Part shown: positions 36,174 to 50,086 of the stretch, piece by piece
Layout of the letters: each line of letters begins with the position of its first letter
Numbering within the stretch: position 1 is the stretch's first letter
Assembly: GCA_001244265.2 (NCBI GenBank)
Contig: CDLV01000013.1
Location: 496,001 to 560,000, forward strand
From: Microbotryum violaceum
Lineage: Eukaryota
Reading direction: 5' to 3'
DNA: 64,000 bases
Position numbers and translations under genes: made by a program
Notes under the pieces: generated by a model
What the model was told of the DNA's origin: nothing
Seen by the model: the letters and a program-made list of their open reading frames with translations, nothing else
The model's database searches: none

Positions 36174-38179
36174 ATGCCCACTGCCTCGTCCGCCGCGTTC
36201 CCCCTGAACCATGCGCATCTGCTCCTGCGACGGCTGCTCAAGCTCAACCCCCAGGCGAGCTCCGTCCCCGCGCTGCACTACATCTACCTGGCCGGCGAGA
36301 CGGTACAATCGCGTCACGACACGGATCGTGAGCTCCCGTTCCGCCAGGAGTCCAACTTTGCCTGGCTCAGCGGCGCATGCGATGTGCCCGGTTCGGCGCT
36401 CACGATAAAGTACGAGCATCAGGGCGGTGGCATCGAGCTGGACGAGGACAAGGTCGAGACCAAACTACATCTGCCTGCCATCAACCCCGATCAAGTCATG
36501 TGAGTGGCCATGAACAAGAGCCCTGAAAGCAGTGTAGCTTGTCCTCTGCGCCTCCCCGGATCCCGCGCTGACTGGAGCTAACTTTTCTCCGCAACTTTCG
36601 CTTCGATCCGAAACCACTTCCGAACGGCGGGCCATTCATTCACACAGGTGGTGCGGCTTACCACCTTCACCCGCGGACTTGTCGACGTCCCTACACTTCA
36701 CCTCGATCGAGCAAGGCTGGACCCCGATCTCGTTGTTCCCGCCCCAATCGCCTCTCAAGACCTTCATCCACCACCTTCCCTGGACCCGCCCTCCGACGTC
36801 GCTCGTGTCTCGCATCAACGGGCCGACAGCAACCTCCGAGTTCCTGATCAAGGCGCTCCACGAGGCGAGGAGGAACAAGACCCCTCAGGAGATCGAATGG
36901 ATGAGAAAGGCGAGCGAGATCACCGCCGGTGCCCACTTGGCCCTAATGAAGGGGATCGGTAGCGGCGAGATCAAGGACGAAAATCATGCCGAGGCCGTAT
37001 TCGTCGGCTACTGTAGAAAGCAAGGGTAAGTTTCAGGATTTGAGAGTAATGCGAGATAACAATATAGCTGAACGAACCTTCTGACGGTGTCTCGCGAGTA
37101 GAGCTGTGCACCAAGCGTACACACCCATCATGGGCTCGGGCGAACGAGCTGGGACGCTCCACTACGTTGCCAATGCGCAACCCTTCCCCGACACCCAACC
37201 GGGAGCCTTGATTCTGGTTGATGCCGGAGCAGAATACAATTGCTACGCGGCAGACGTTACAAGGTGTACACCTGTAAGCTCTCAAGTGTTTCCATGGTCT
37301 GGTCCGAGATCTGAGCTGAATAGTGCTCGTACATCCGGTCGATCGGCATAGATCGGAAATGGAGGCAGATTCACGAAAGAGTGCAAAGAGATCTACGAGC
37401 TCGTCTTGGAGATGCAGATGGTGAGTAGGATAGGCTGTCGAATGCGGACACATGGTCAAGCTGAGCATGTACCGTTCATTTTTCGCAGGCCGCCTTTGAG
37501 ATGGTCAAACCCGGAGCATCCTACGAGGACATCCAACTCAAGATGCACGAAGTCGCCGCCAAGGGCCTCCTTCGATTGGGTCTCTTCAAACCCTCCTCGT
37601 CCTCTTCTTCGCCATCCGAGATCGAAACGATCCAGTCGATTCTCGAGTCAGGCTTGACCACCGCTTTCTACCCGCACGGCGTGGGCCATCTCCTCGGGCT
37701 GGACGTGCACGATGCGGGAGGCCTGCCGCAGGGCAAGTCCAAGCACTCTCTGATGAAGTACCTGAGATTGAGGGTTCCACTGGAAGAAGGCTTCGTTGTG
37801 ACAATTGAGCCGGGAGTCTATTTTAACGCCTTCTTGCAAAAGGACTGGAAGAATTCGCCTTTCGTCGACTGGGACAAAGTGGAGCAGTATGCGTACGTCG
37901 GTGGCGTCCGCATCGAGGATAACGTGAGTTGGAATAAGCTGCTTCTACTCTCGCTTTTCCTGCGACAAGGCTTAGAATTAATCCCCGTCTCAACCGGATC
38001 TCGAGGCCGCCCCCACTGTGTGATCATGCTCACCGACGCTGATCGCGACCGAGCACCCATTTCTATATTCCTTCCTCCCGCAGCTGTTGGTGACCAAAAG
38101 CGGATTCGAAAACCTGACACCATCGTCGCTGCCCAAGACTGTGGCCGAAATCGAGGCAGTAACAACTTCAAAGGCCTAA
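36174..38179 (+). CDS. Xaa-Pro aminopeptidase / prolidase (peptidase M24B)
   Basis: PFRQESNFAWLSG; KTPQEIEWMRKA; TLHY; LILVDAGAEYNCYAADVTR; FYPHGVGHLLGLDVHD; VTIEPGVYF; GGVRIEDN|LLVT. Stop at 38177-38179. Confidence 0.93.
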
Positions 38180-39284
38180 CCAAGCAACCATGTCTGAGCG
38201 CCGAGAGGCTGAAGCTGCCGCAGCTGGTCGAATCCAGCCGACCAGACCCTCGGAGATATCGGGAGCGCATACAGTGAGGTCGCTATCTCTAATCCGGAGC
38301 ACTGAATCATCCTCGGATTGTCGTGACCACTGTGCTGTAGCTGGCAAGGTTTTGACTTGGCAATGGCAAATTTCATCATGTTCATCCGAGTCATATGGCA
38401 TGCGCTAGCTTGACGATCGATTTGCTTTTCAAGTGTTGAATGTTGAGGCTAAATGTGAGGGCGGCAATAATTGCTTCCGCGGGTGGCGTACGAGAACTCC
38501 GCTTCGGCCCGGATCGGCACAGAGTAGATCGATGGACTGAGCGGATCGCCATCGGTCTGCTGAGTGAGCGCCCGACTCCGGGGCTGACCGGGGGCCGCAA
38601 GGCGTCACCGCATCACCCGTGGTGTGGCCATCTCTCCCTCTCTCCGCCTTCTTACACTCGCACATTCGCAACCACCTCCCCCAAACACTCATCCTTAGGC
38701 CATCCTTATAACTTGGTGAGTGTTATGCCTTGGTGACTGGTCCATTCGTGCGGCGATTGAATGCTAACAGCTATCGCTCCCTTGTCTTCTCCGCCCCTTG
38801 TCGTGCCGCACACGTCGTACGGGCATCGTGCTTCATTCGGTTCCATCGCCTACAGACCAACGCATCTTAATACTTTGAGCGCATCCCATCTTCATCTACC
38901 AATCTTATATACAGATTCAAATCACAGTAAGTGGTTTTGATCTGTGTCTAATCGAATGGACTGTTACAGCGGGCGTCCGGAGGCCGTGTGGCGTCCGGAG
39001 GCTCGTGTGTGGCGTCGTTGGGGTTCCGTGACGGCGCATTAGCACCGCCTCGGCTTGCTGCGCGATCCCTTGATCAGGCGTTGGCTACCGTCCCTCCGCG
39101 GGCCAGCACTACGTCGTTTCAGTCCGACATCCAATATGGGGTATATCCCCGCTTGATGCTGCTCATGGACGCAGAAGCCATGCATTGGCTTGCCGTCACG
39201 CTCGCCTGCGAGCCTTGCTAGGCGTCCTCGTCGGGCCACGTCGCCTCCTTCGCCTCTCCACCTTGACGGTCGAACCCTGGCTGA

Positions 39285-40004
<720 letters not shown>

Positions 40005-41781
40005 GTACAGTTTTGTATTGAATTTAGGAGCATTGTTTGCAACAACACGATACCATTACACAAACCTTCATAGCATCACAGAACCATGCGCAAATTATGA
40101 GATGCCGGCTTTGTGCTCATTTCCTTGCGCCGCGACAGCTTGAACCTGAAACATACGCACAGGAGGCCGTGCATTTCAGGAAGAACTTCTCGATAGAAAT
40201 TCGTGACATCATCAGTGAACAAAGTCAGGTAAACTAGGTGTAGGTAGATGCTGCCGAGGAAGTAGGGAGTAGATCTGATAACTGTTGCTCTTGGTCAGGG
40301 GAAGCCGGTTTCCCGGCCCGGCTTCCTCCGCAAAGCGCTCGTCACCCCGCGGGGCGAACACAAAGGAGCTCAATACATGCGCCTCTTCGCGGAGAAACCG
40401 GACGTTTGAGCTAGAGGCTTCGTAGAGGGGACACAGAGCTGCTGTCGCATACGCCAAAACATTGAAATTCGGTTTGAAAGGACTGATACTCACGTCTAGT
40501 TCATCAGATTGTCGCCGACCTCCCTACACGACCGCGAGGTAGCGCATGGTGGATGGCAGGGCCGGCAGGGCCGGCAGGGGGGCAACGGGTCTTAATTCCT
40601 CATCGAATTGGCTGACGCTGCCGTTGGCGTCAATTGAAATCAATCGCAACATCGTGCAACGTGCCCTTTTTCAAGCTGCCCCCTTTTGACCTTGACCTCC
40701 ATCGTCAGCCTCGCCTTCACCCAATCGTCATCCTATTGCTTAAGTCATCCACCTTCACGTCGGGACTTGGCGTAAGAGGGGGATTCGTTGTCCGACAATC
40801 GGCAATGCACGGGAATCTCTGATGAACTCTTTCACAAAAACAAACGAGTCTTATGTACTTCAAATTTGGCTATTTTAGTAATTCTCCCACACCACCCCTC
40901 TGCTCGAATGCCATGCGAATCGCTGCTAAAATCACCAGAGCAGCCTATCTCTTTAGACTCGCACCAGGTCGGGATCCCGATCGGGAGAGGCCAAACTCGA
41001 AGATGGGGAGGAAGCGGGGACGTGTTGTTGGATTTTTTTTTGTTTTTGTGATTTGTTAATCCTGACGTGCAGGGTGCAGGGTGCAGGCCACGCTGCACAG
41101 CGGCTCCAATTGGTGTCGGTTCTTTGGTTGTCTTATTGTCTGGGTAGACTCAATCCAGGATGACCGTACTGGGATTGGAATGCCGAGCATCTCGGAGAGC
41201 GGATCGGCGATCATCGATTCATCGTAAGCTGCAGCACTCGAGATCATGGAGCATCTATGGGGGGAGGACGATGCAGCGCTGCGAAAAATGGGTAGAGTGA
41301 GAAAATTCAAACGCTGAAGACACGTATTCACAGGAGGTGTCTCCTGCACCAGATCGATCAAGCAGCAATTGCACTGGGTTACCTCCGCCTGTCGAGCGCG
41401 ACCGCGAGCGGGAGTGGGTCTAGGTCTCGACCCCCAGCCGGCCCCAGCCGGGGCAGACGGAGCCCGGCGCCGCGGTGCGCCACCCGATGTTTTAGCTGAA
41501 CCAAGCGATTGAACTCGATTCAACTGCCGCTGCCCAACTACTCGCTCACTTCTTCGCAGCCGACGGCTTGCCACCCTTCCCTGTTGGCCTGTTCGTGTTT
41601 CTTTTTCTCTTCGGGAGTTGGTCCGTTCGGTTCGCGTTGGCTCGACTTTGGGAAACTGGTCCTATCAATCGTCCTAGCCGCTCCCGCTCGCCCCTCAGCT
41701 CGATCTCCGACGCGCCGCTCCACGCCTTCTTCGCACACCCCGCTCGACCCGAATCCCCCAGGCCAGTGGCAGCGTAACAGT

Positions 41782-44616
41782 ATGGCAGCACCACGCTCCA
41801 CGATGATATCGACCACCGGGGCCGGGACCGATCAAGTTTCCAAGGCGTTCGTGACGCTGTTGACGAGCGACTCTTACCTGCCCGGGTGCCTGACCATGAT
41901 TAACTCGCTGCTTGACGTCGAAGGCGCCAAGGGGCGAGCCGATTACGAGACGGTCTGCTTGGTTACGCCAGCGACCGTCGGCCACGTTGCGATCAACGCG
42001 CTGCACAAGGTGTTTGACCAAGTCATCGGTGTGGCAGAGATTACGACCAGGTCCTGGCACGAGTTGGCTTTACTAGGTGAGTTGTTGCTCTCGCTGTTAT
42101 TGCTATCTCATCGGCAGGGGCACTCCGCTCGGCCCCGGATGAGCGCATTGAATCCGGATCCGAATGCGCGTGGCCCGTTTGAGCCAATTGCGATGCCCCA
42201 ACCCGCAGCGGAGCTCGAATCTCGATCCGTTACGCGATACGGGCTTCCTTCGCACGGCCGACTGGCGACGGCATGCTCTCGACCCGGATTCGGTGCCGCC
42301 GCATTCGTTGAAAGACGTCATTGTTAGGATGATGTTGTATCGCAGCTATGCGGAGGGCAATCAATGGTCATCATCACTGATTTCTCTCGTCAATGGCCTC
42401 TCTGAACGACAGGCCGGAAAGACCTGGCAGCGTCGCTCACCAAGCTTCACCTATGGCGATTGACGAAATACAACAAGGTCGTCTTCCTCGATGCCGATAC
42501 GCTCATCCTGCGTCCCTTGACGCCTCTATTCGACCTCGATGTCGAGTTCGCTGCTGCACCCGACAGTGGGTGGCCCGATTCATTCAACTCGGGCGTCTTC
42601 CTCGCCAAGCCGTCGAGTGCGACATTCGACTCGCTCATTGAGATGATGGACGACAAGGGTACCTGGGATGGCGGTGATCAAGGGTTATTGAACGACCATT
42701 TCCCGAACTGGTATCGGCTCAAGTACACGTACAACGTGACCCCGTCCGCCTATTACACGTGAGTCAGGCCGTCCCGGAGAGATCGGATGTCGTCTCGGAC
42801 TATGCGACCGTTCGAGGCTCCCTCCCACTTGAGGTCGCCCGTCGACTTGCGAAGGTGCCTACGGGACTCTCCGCATACTGACTGCTATGTTTACGTCGTT
42901 TCGCAGTTATGCTCCTGCTTTCCGACGACACGGCCATGACGTGTCTGTATTACATTTCATAGGCAAGAACAAGCCATGGCACAGAGGCACGCGGGGCACA
43001 GCTATGTTGGAGGAATCCACAACGGATTACTACAATCTTGTTGGCCTTTGGTACGATGTCTACGAGCGACACTATGGAAAGAGTCTGAGTAAGTTCATCG
43101 AAGTGAACACGTCATCGGCATCCTATTTGTTGTCGAATCTGAGCCCGTGACCTTATTTTGTCGCTCAGCTTCCGACGTCGCAGACAAGGTCGTTGCGCCA
43201 CCTGCCTTCCGATCGAAGTTCTCGACGCTGCAGCCTCACCAACCGCCCCAAGCGTCGACGAAGAAGCTGGTCGCTTTGACGTCCCGGTCGGGTATCGACT
43301 CTCCCCCCAAGCTTGACTGGGACCCGGCCGTCAACCCACCTCCTACAACAGATTATCAGATGCGTGAGGCCATCACGGCGCGGTATGACAGCGTATGGGA
43401 CGAGCCGGCGCGCAAGCAAAAGATTCGTTTCCAGCCCCCTTCGTTCTACCCTAATGTACCCGCGTCGACTCACGAGTGGTACAAAGACGTGATGCAGAAG
43501 AAGCCCGACCCTTCGGCAGTGAAGCCCGTGTTTCCGTGGGAGCAGCCCAAGGTTTCGACTCGACTGTCGCAACCTCCTTTACCCGTCCTAGCTCCGACTC
43601 GTGCTTTCCCGCCAACGCCTTCAGGGTCGCCGCCGCGAGAAGCTCCCAATGGGTTCCAGCCTCGTCAATCGTACACAAACGCTTGGGACAACGTTCCGGG
43701 GATCGATCGGTACGCCAAATCGCTCGTCAAGGCTACAAAGCGAAGGCAGACCTCGATCGATGCCACCAAGGATGCCAAGGGGTCAACCGGATTGGCCATT
43801 TTTGGTTCAGGATCTGGACCGCGCTCAGGCTCTTCTGACTCGTCGACGAAAGGCGACAACGGGTTAGGCGGCCGTCAATCAAGTCTAGCAGAGTTGAAGC
43901 CGTACAATAGTCGCAGCGATGCGAGCAGTCGAGACGGCGACGATGAGGACGATGACGATGACGAGATGACATCTGGGAATGACGACGAAGAGCTCGACCG
44001 ACCGCGCATCAACTACCGCCGATCTTCGAGTTATGGCTCTTCCAGCCGGGGCCAGAGCGGCGCATCTTCGCCAACAACCGCTCGAAGCGGCTCTACGCTT
44101 CTCGTCAGCGGTGAGACCACACCGTCTGCAGCAATGTCAACCTCTGCCAGCGCCAACAGTCCCCCAAAAACGAAGCGTTTCGTTCCCTTGATGCCTCGAC
44201 TTGGCCGCGCGGCTAGCTCTGAGGTCCCTGTCCATCATCAGCCCGCCCACCAATCCGCCGCGCCATTGAAGCCGGCGCTCCGAGGCGGCCATTCGACAGG
44301 TCACTCAGCACCTTCGGCCAGTGGTGGGATTCCCTACGTTCCTGCCCCATCGCCCCGGCTCGGCCCTCAAGCGATCCGCAATTCGACTGCGGCTCGTCTG
44401 ACTTCGGCGGGATCCGGCGTCGGCGACGGACCTCCGGTCGTGCGCGCAACGCGTGTTTTTTCGCCCGAAACTGATACCGGCGTAGTCAAGCAACAAGGAC
44501 TTGCGGCGTTGCAGCGCTTCGTGGAGAATTTTGAAGCCGCGAATGGCAACGGCTCGGCGGCGGGTGGCCCGAGGGGCGGTGGCGCGGGCTCGGCGGGCTC
44601 TTGGCGCTTTGGTTGA
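41782..44616 (+). CDS. Glycogenin (GT8) with a long low-complexity C-terminus
   Basis: AFVTLLTSDSYLPG; LTKLHLWRLTKYNKVVFLDADTL; AAAPDSGWPDSFNSGV; GTWDGGDQGLLN; YNVTPSAYYT|YAPAF; VLHFIGKNKPW; FPWE and NAWD motifs in the tail. Confidence 0.92.
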
Positions 44617-45236
44617 GGCCGAGGATGACTCCGCTATCTACGCCAGATGATTACCTGCTTACTCTTCCACCAAGAATCTTTTCTGAGTCTTTTTATATCC
44701 TTCAGTTGTCTATATTAGTATGGGGCTGAACGTGTTAAGCAATTTCGTAGACGATGATTCACGTGTCACTTTGCTTATACCTTTTCTCCTCCTGCTCTTT
44801 TTCTCTCTGCCTCTTTTGACTACCTCCTCTTAGATCACGCACACAGAATATATTATCCTATTACCTGTCCGCATTATTCTGCTTGTAACGAAAGTGCCGT
44901 CTTTCCTGTCCGTGTTCGCTCATACAAACTGTGCCGGTTCGATGCCTCCCCGCGCACGGGCCCGCCATACTGAATTTCGGGGATTTGGGGCTGCTTATTA
45001 CTAGCTTGAAAGCTAACTAACAGCATATTCAGTGATCAACATAGTAGAAGTTTGTTCATCAAACGGAACTCATATCTCGGAATTCAATTCGTCACAGACT
45101 TGGGTTACACTGGCGGATGAGTCGATCGGAGGTCGGGTGAATCGACTCATTCGGAAGCGAGTGCTCGCCGTGGGACGATCGCGCTGCTTACTATTACGAC
45201 TTTCTTCTCCCTCTTCACCCCCATTTCCAACCCATC

Positions 45237-47198
45237 ATGAGCCCATACATTTTCAAGGTGTCGCATCGACCTGGAGGTGGACTGGCGACCCTCACCCGTC
45301 GTATCCTCTTCGAGCCCCACGGTCGTGCAGCGGCAGGGTTGACCAGCGCTACGATCGGCGCCACCACACTCGGTGATGTCCCACACGGCACAGCGGACGC
45401 CTTCAGCTCGAGCATCGTGCCAGACGATTACCAACACTTTGTCTCCATCGTCGAGACCCGCTTTGGAATCGTACTTGATGCGATCTATTTGTGCTACACG
45501 GATGCTGATGGCGACTTGATCGCTGTGGTGAGTGTCCTTCGTCTGACTCTACGGTCCGTGCGATCACGCGCCTGTCGCGAGTCACAGCGGCAGCTCGAAG
45601 TGGCGGCAGACCTTCACCGCCACACACTCGACTCCGGCCTCCAGCGCGGGTGGCGTTGGCTGCGATTGATTGCGATACGCTGCCTCGACTGACATTAGCA
45701 TGCATTGGGGATATCTTCACAGTCATCAAGTGAAGAATTCCAGGACCTCTTATCGTCGAATCCACCGGGGTCCACAATTCGCTTGCAACTCGGAGCGAAC
45801 CTTGCCGGGCCATCCGGCACGATGTCCGTTCCGATGTCGATCAGCGGCGGCAGTCATACCGACAATACCGACGCTGCATCTATTTCTGCGAAAAGTGACA
45901 CTACCGAAGTGGTGCCATTGCTTGGCAAAGGCAAGAGTCGAGAGCTTGATACAACACCCGATGCCCAAGCGGACGCCGAGCGGCCCGCTGCCACCTCGAA
46001 AGCGGCTTCGTCGCCCACCTCCTTGGGAGCGCTCGACGAGGCCGCTGATTGGACCATTACGGACAACTTCGACCTTGATGCTCGGGAAGAACCTAGCTCA
46101 GGTGCTTCCACGCCCAGCCTGCTCGCTTTTGAGGACCCGCTGCCCTCTTTCGCCGAGGAGTCGAAAGCTCCCGAGCAAGTCGCCAAAAACTGCGAAGATC
46201 CCGTTGTCCCTGAGGTTCCCGAGACTAAGGCCGAGGATCCTGTTGAAGACCCACCGGAGCCGACAATCTCTGCCCCTCCACTCGCCGAAGCGATTCAGCA
46301 TTTCCTCACGTCGCTCCCCTATCATGCCGAGGCTCTCAAGACCCATTTCGGCTCGTTTCTCGCCTATCCGCATCTTCAGGCCATCCCCGGTCTGTTCCAG
46401 AGCGCCCCCGTCGGTCCGCCCTACCAAGAGATCCTCGAGCTCGCACGTTCGGCGCAAGAGGAGTTGAAGCGAAGCGTCGATGGGGTCAAGGCCGAAGCTG
46501 AGTTGATCCGAGGCGAGTTCGATCTGTTCAGGGCCAAGTTGGGCGAGGACAAGCAAAAGTTCGAAGAGGACATCAAGGCCGCTATGGCTGGCGCCGAAGA
46601 GGCTGCAAGGAAAGAGAGGAAGAAAGCCAAGAAAATGGCGGAGAAGATGATGGAAAGGATGGCTCGAGATGCCACAGCTGCGACCTCCCAGGCTGCTCCG
46701 GAGGCACCTGTGCAGTCACCCGATGCCGGCTTTCCAGCAGCAACGGCCCCTCTCTCGGTTCCGACGACGAGCCTAGCCACTTTTCAGACACCGACGTCGA
46801 ATGTTCGAGTTTCCACGTCGCCGCGCGACGACCTCTTCAATCGTCGCGTCTCTGCGACCGGCGTTACAGGTTCCCGCAACCTCTCGGCAGGGTTCGACGC
46901 CACTTTGGCTTCGATGCGCGTGCCTTCTCAAGAGCCACCACCATCCACGATCCCAGGGTCTTTCCCCGGTCACCATGCGACGACGCCCCTTCCGACCTCG
47001 ACTCCTTCGACTTCGACGATGCCGTACACCTCGCCATGGGCGGAAGCGACTCCTGAACACTTGCACGGCGCCATCAGAGCTGTAGGTCTCAGCATCGACG
47101 AGGCCAAACTCAGGTTGGCATGCCAACAAGTTTGGGAGGAGAACAGGGGCCAGTCATTGGATGTGATGGTCAGCAAGGTGCTTGAGAAGGTGCTCTGA
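45237..47198 (+). CDS. PB1-domain protein with a central coiled coil and a helical (UBA-like?) C-terminus
   Basis: Exon 1 (45237-45527) and exon 2 (45723-47198) join to give the acidic OPCA motif YLCYTDADGDLIAV|SSSEEFQDLL. N-terminal basic strand YIFKV...TRRI; E/K/A-rich heptad region at about 46440-46670. Confidence 0.7.
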
Positions 47199-47328
47199 TT
47201 CTGGGGTATGACTGCGTGTATTATCCGTGCCTCTCGTTTTTGACGAACATACTGTTAATTTCATTCAAACGTATAGGTACAACGAGACTTATTGTTCGTG
47301 AAATGTTATCACTGCCAATGCAGCAAAG

Positions 47329-49529
47329 CTAGAAGACTACTACGCCGGCCCCCGCTTCGGCCTTGGTGGCAAAGATGACCTGATCCAGTTCCTGCTCGTC
47401 TAGCTTGGGGAAGTTTTTGCGATAGTAGCCCTCCTTAAGTGCCTTGATAAAGCCCGCCACCTTGTCCTCCTCCACCAGCGAGACCGTGGCGCCTCCCCAT
47501 CCCGCACCGGTCAACCTCGACCCGATCGCGCCATTCTTGCGGGCCAAATCGACCAACTCGTCCAAACCGGGGCAAGAACACTCGTAATCTTCTTGACAGG
47601 ACCTCATCGATTCGTTCATCAGATCCCCCATCTCTTGCAACAACTGTGTCCCCGTCTTGGTCGAGCCCGACGCCTCCTTCGATATATCGTCAGTGGACGA
47701 TTCGGACAAAATCTCGACGAACTCGTACACCCGCTTCGCCTCTTCCAAGACGTGACGAGCCCTCTTCCATACCTTCAACCTGCCACCAACGGGCTCGACC
47801 TGTTGCCCGCACGCCACTTCTTTCTCGAGCTCATCGACGTCTCGTCCCAACTTTTCGGCGATTTCGTCCCACGTCATGCCAGCTTCCATCCCCGGTCCAC
47901 CCAAAGCATCGATCGCCAATCCGAGCATCGTCTTGATTTCGTAGATGCAATTCACATTATCGGGTGGGAGAGGGGATGTGGGCTTGGCCGCCATGGTAGG
48001 GCCATTGGGGGAGATGGATTGCCTCGCCAGCGGCGAGGACTTGTTCTTTCGACTCTTGGGGCCGGGTTGATAGGGCGGGCTGGAGCAGTACTGGTCGAGA
48101 ATGGTTTTGAAGGTGATTCCGGGGGTGGGGGCAAAGCCGAGGTGTTTGGCCAGAAGCAATGCTCCGACGCGGGTTTCGGCCACTCGAAGGTTGTAGCAGT
48201 ACTTGGCCGTCACTGCCTTGTTCGAGGTGACCAGAGAGTTTGCGATGACGAAGGCAAATCCGGGTTTGGTCCTAGGTAGAGGGACAAGAGCGGCGTGTAG
48301 AGAAGGAACGAAGTCGATGTGCAGGAGGTGCAGAGGTTGAGAGAATACCGATGCAGCTTGATCCATACCTCCCGAATTGACGCCGACCAGTCGTTCTACG
48401 AATGAACAGCCCACCGTCAGTCCCCACCGATCAACACTAAAAGTCCTGTGTGCCAAGCCTACACCTACCACTTGCAATAGCAACTTCGGTCATGGCCTTG
48501 CGGTCGATCGCATCGGATCCCGAGATCCTTCCGACGACATGTATAATAGCGATGGACGAGGCGATGGTGAAAGCGCTCGACGAGCTCAGACCGGAACCTT
48601 CGGGAACGGAACCGGTAACAAGCATGACAACATGGGAGGGATATGGCCCCGTCGACGGCAGGTAGGCTGTCCGAGAGTACAGGTGGCCGAGGACCCCCTG
48701 AGGAAGGTTGTCGACGAGTAAGGTGATCAGCCAGGGTAACATGATTACCCGTAGGCCATTCAGAATTCTCGAGCCAATTCACATACTTTGGTTCCGGCAA
48801 TAAAGTAGGAGCTCCAATGGTGCTGCTTGGGCATCTGCACATCCCACGCGGACGAGTTTAGATCGACCTCGAAGTGGGTCGGTGAAAATTTGTCGTCGAC
48901 GTTGCGCAGGATGATGACGGTGTGGTCAGGTTGCGACGGTTGCGGATAGTTTGAAGTGTCTTTGGGTGAGGTCGAGAGAGCGATGAGAACATCGCGTTCG
49001 ACCGCAGCGGGCAGAACCGAGCTGAGGGGGGAAGCAGCGACACTTGTTCAAACTTTATCGATGGCGCGGGGCTCCAAGATCGATCGAAAACGAAAGGCTA
49101 AAGATGATCTTCGGGAGCAGGGAAAGAGCCGCGTTTCCGGCTTGGATATTTGTTCATCAACTCACAATCCGCAGTAATCAATGTGCTCGCCTGCCAAGTG
49201 AGAGATGGATTAGCGCAAAACTCTTTCCCACCACGCGACAAGTAAGGTGGCAGGGCAAGCCGAGAAAGCGGGGGGGAAGCCAAGAAACGGGTAGCCTCCG
49301 CCGAGGAGTAGTCGTAGCAGTACTGACCAATGATATTGACTCGACCGGGAGCCCTGGCTACGGCTTGAGCTTTGACACCGTACTGTTTCTCGAACAGTTG
49401 CTGCAGCTGGGCCCACCGCTGCTGCTGCTGAGGGAGCGACGAGGGCGTGTAGATGTGCTCGAGCGATGATGATACCGGGATAGAAGCACTGCTGTCGGCG
49501 GGCTGCTGCGCCTCTGAATTGCCGCTCAT
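47329..49529 (-). CDS. GAL1: Galactokinase (GHMP kinase)
   Basis: ARAPGRVNII|GEHIDYCG; SVLPAAVERD; VPEGSGLSSSSAF; ERLVGVNSGGMDQAAS; YNLRVAET; RARHVLEEAKRV; YECSCP; GSRLTGAGWGG. Confidence 0.95.
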
Positions 49530-49897
49530 AGCGACGGAGGAAGCGGTGGTAACGATCAGAAAGGGGGCGGGGGGGGGGGGGGGAGGAAGGATTGAGCCGT
49601 AAACAAGTGTCAAGAACGAGGCCGAAATCGATGTCACGCAAGGGTAATCTTTGGGCATCGTGCTTGCTTGCCAGATTCGACCCACGGGCGCGCCGAGCAA
49701 GACGAGGACAAGGCGCCAACAAGTGCTCGAGCTTTTTTGCTTCAACACCATTTGTTTTCACTCGCAGTGTGTCAACCCTTACTGCTCTCTCGCTGATCGT
49801 TTCCGAATTTTCTGCTTTCCCCCCGCCTCCCCGGTTTTGCCTCCTCTTGCTTGCGCCGCCCCGCCGGTTTCTTCGCGGGGCCCGGCCGTGTTGTGGG

Positions 49898-50086
49898 TGT
49901 TGCAACAAGGACTAAGAGGTACTCCACGACTCAGCTCCGAGATACACGAGTGAGATGATGAGAATAGCGTGGAGAAGGAACCCAGAAGGAAAAAAGACGC
50001 AGAGACAAAGATAGGCGCGCGCGCAGAATAAAGTATTAACCAAGACTAATAGCAATGAGTTAGGCTCTCAGACCCCACTTCTAACA
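49898..50086 (-). repeat. 3' LTR (189 bp)
   Basis: TGTTGCAAC...CTTCTAACA on the + strand. On the element strand it is preceded by a purine-rich tract (GGTGGGAG, polypurine-tract-like). Confidence 0.95.
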
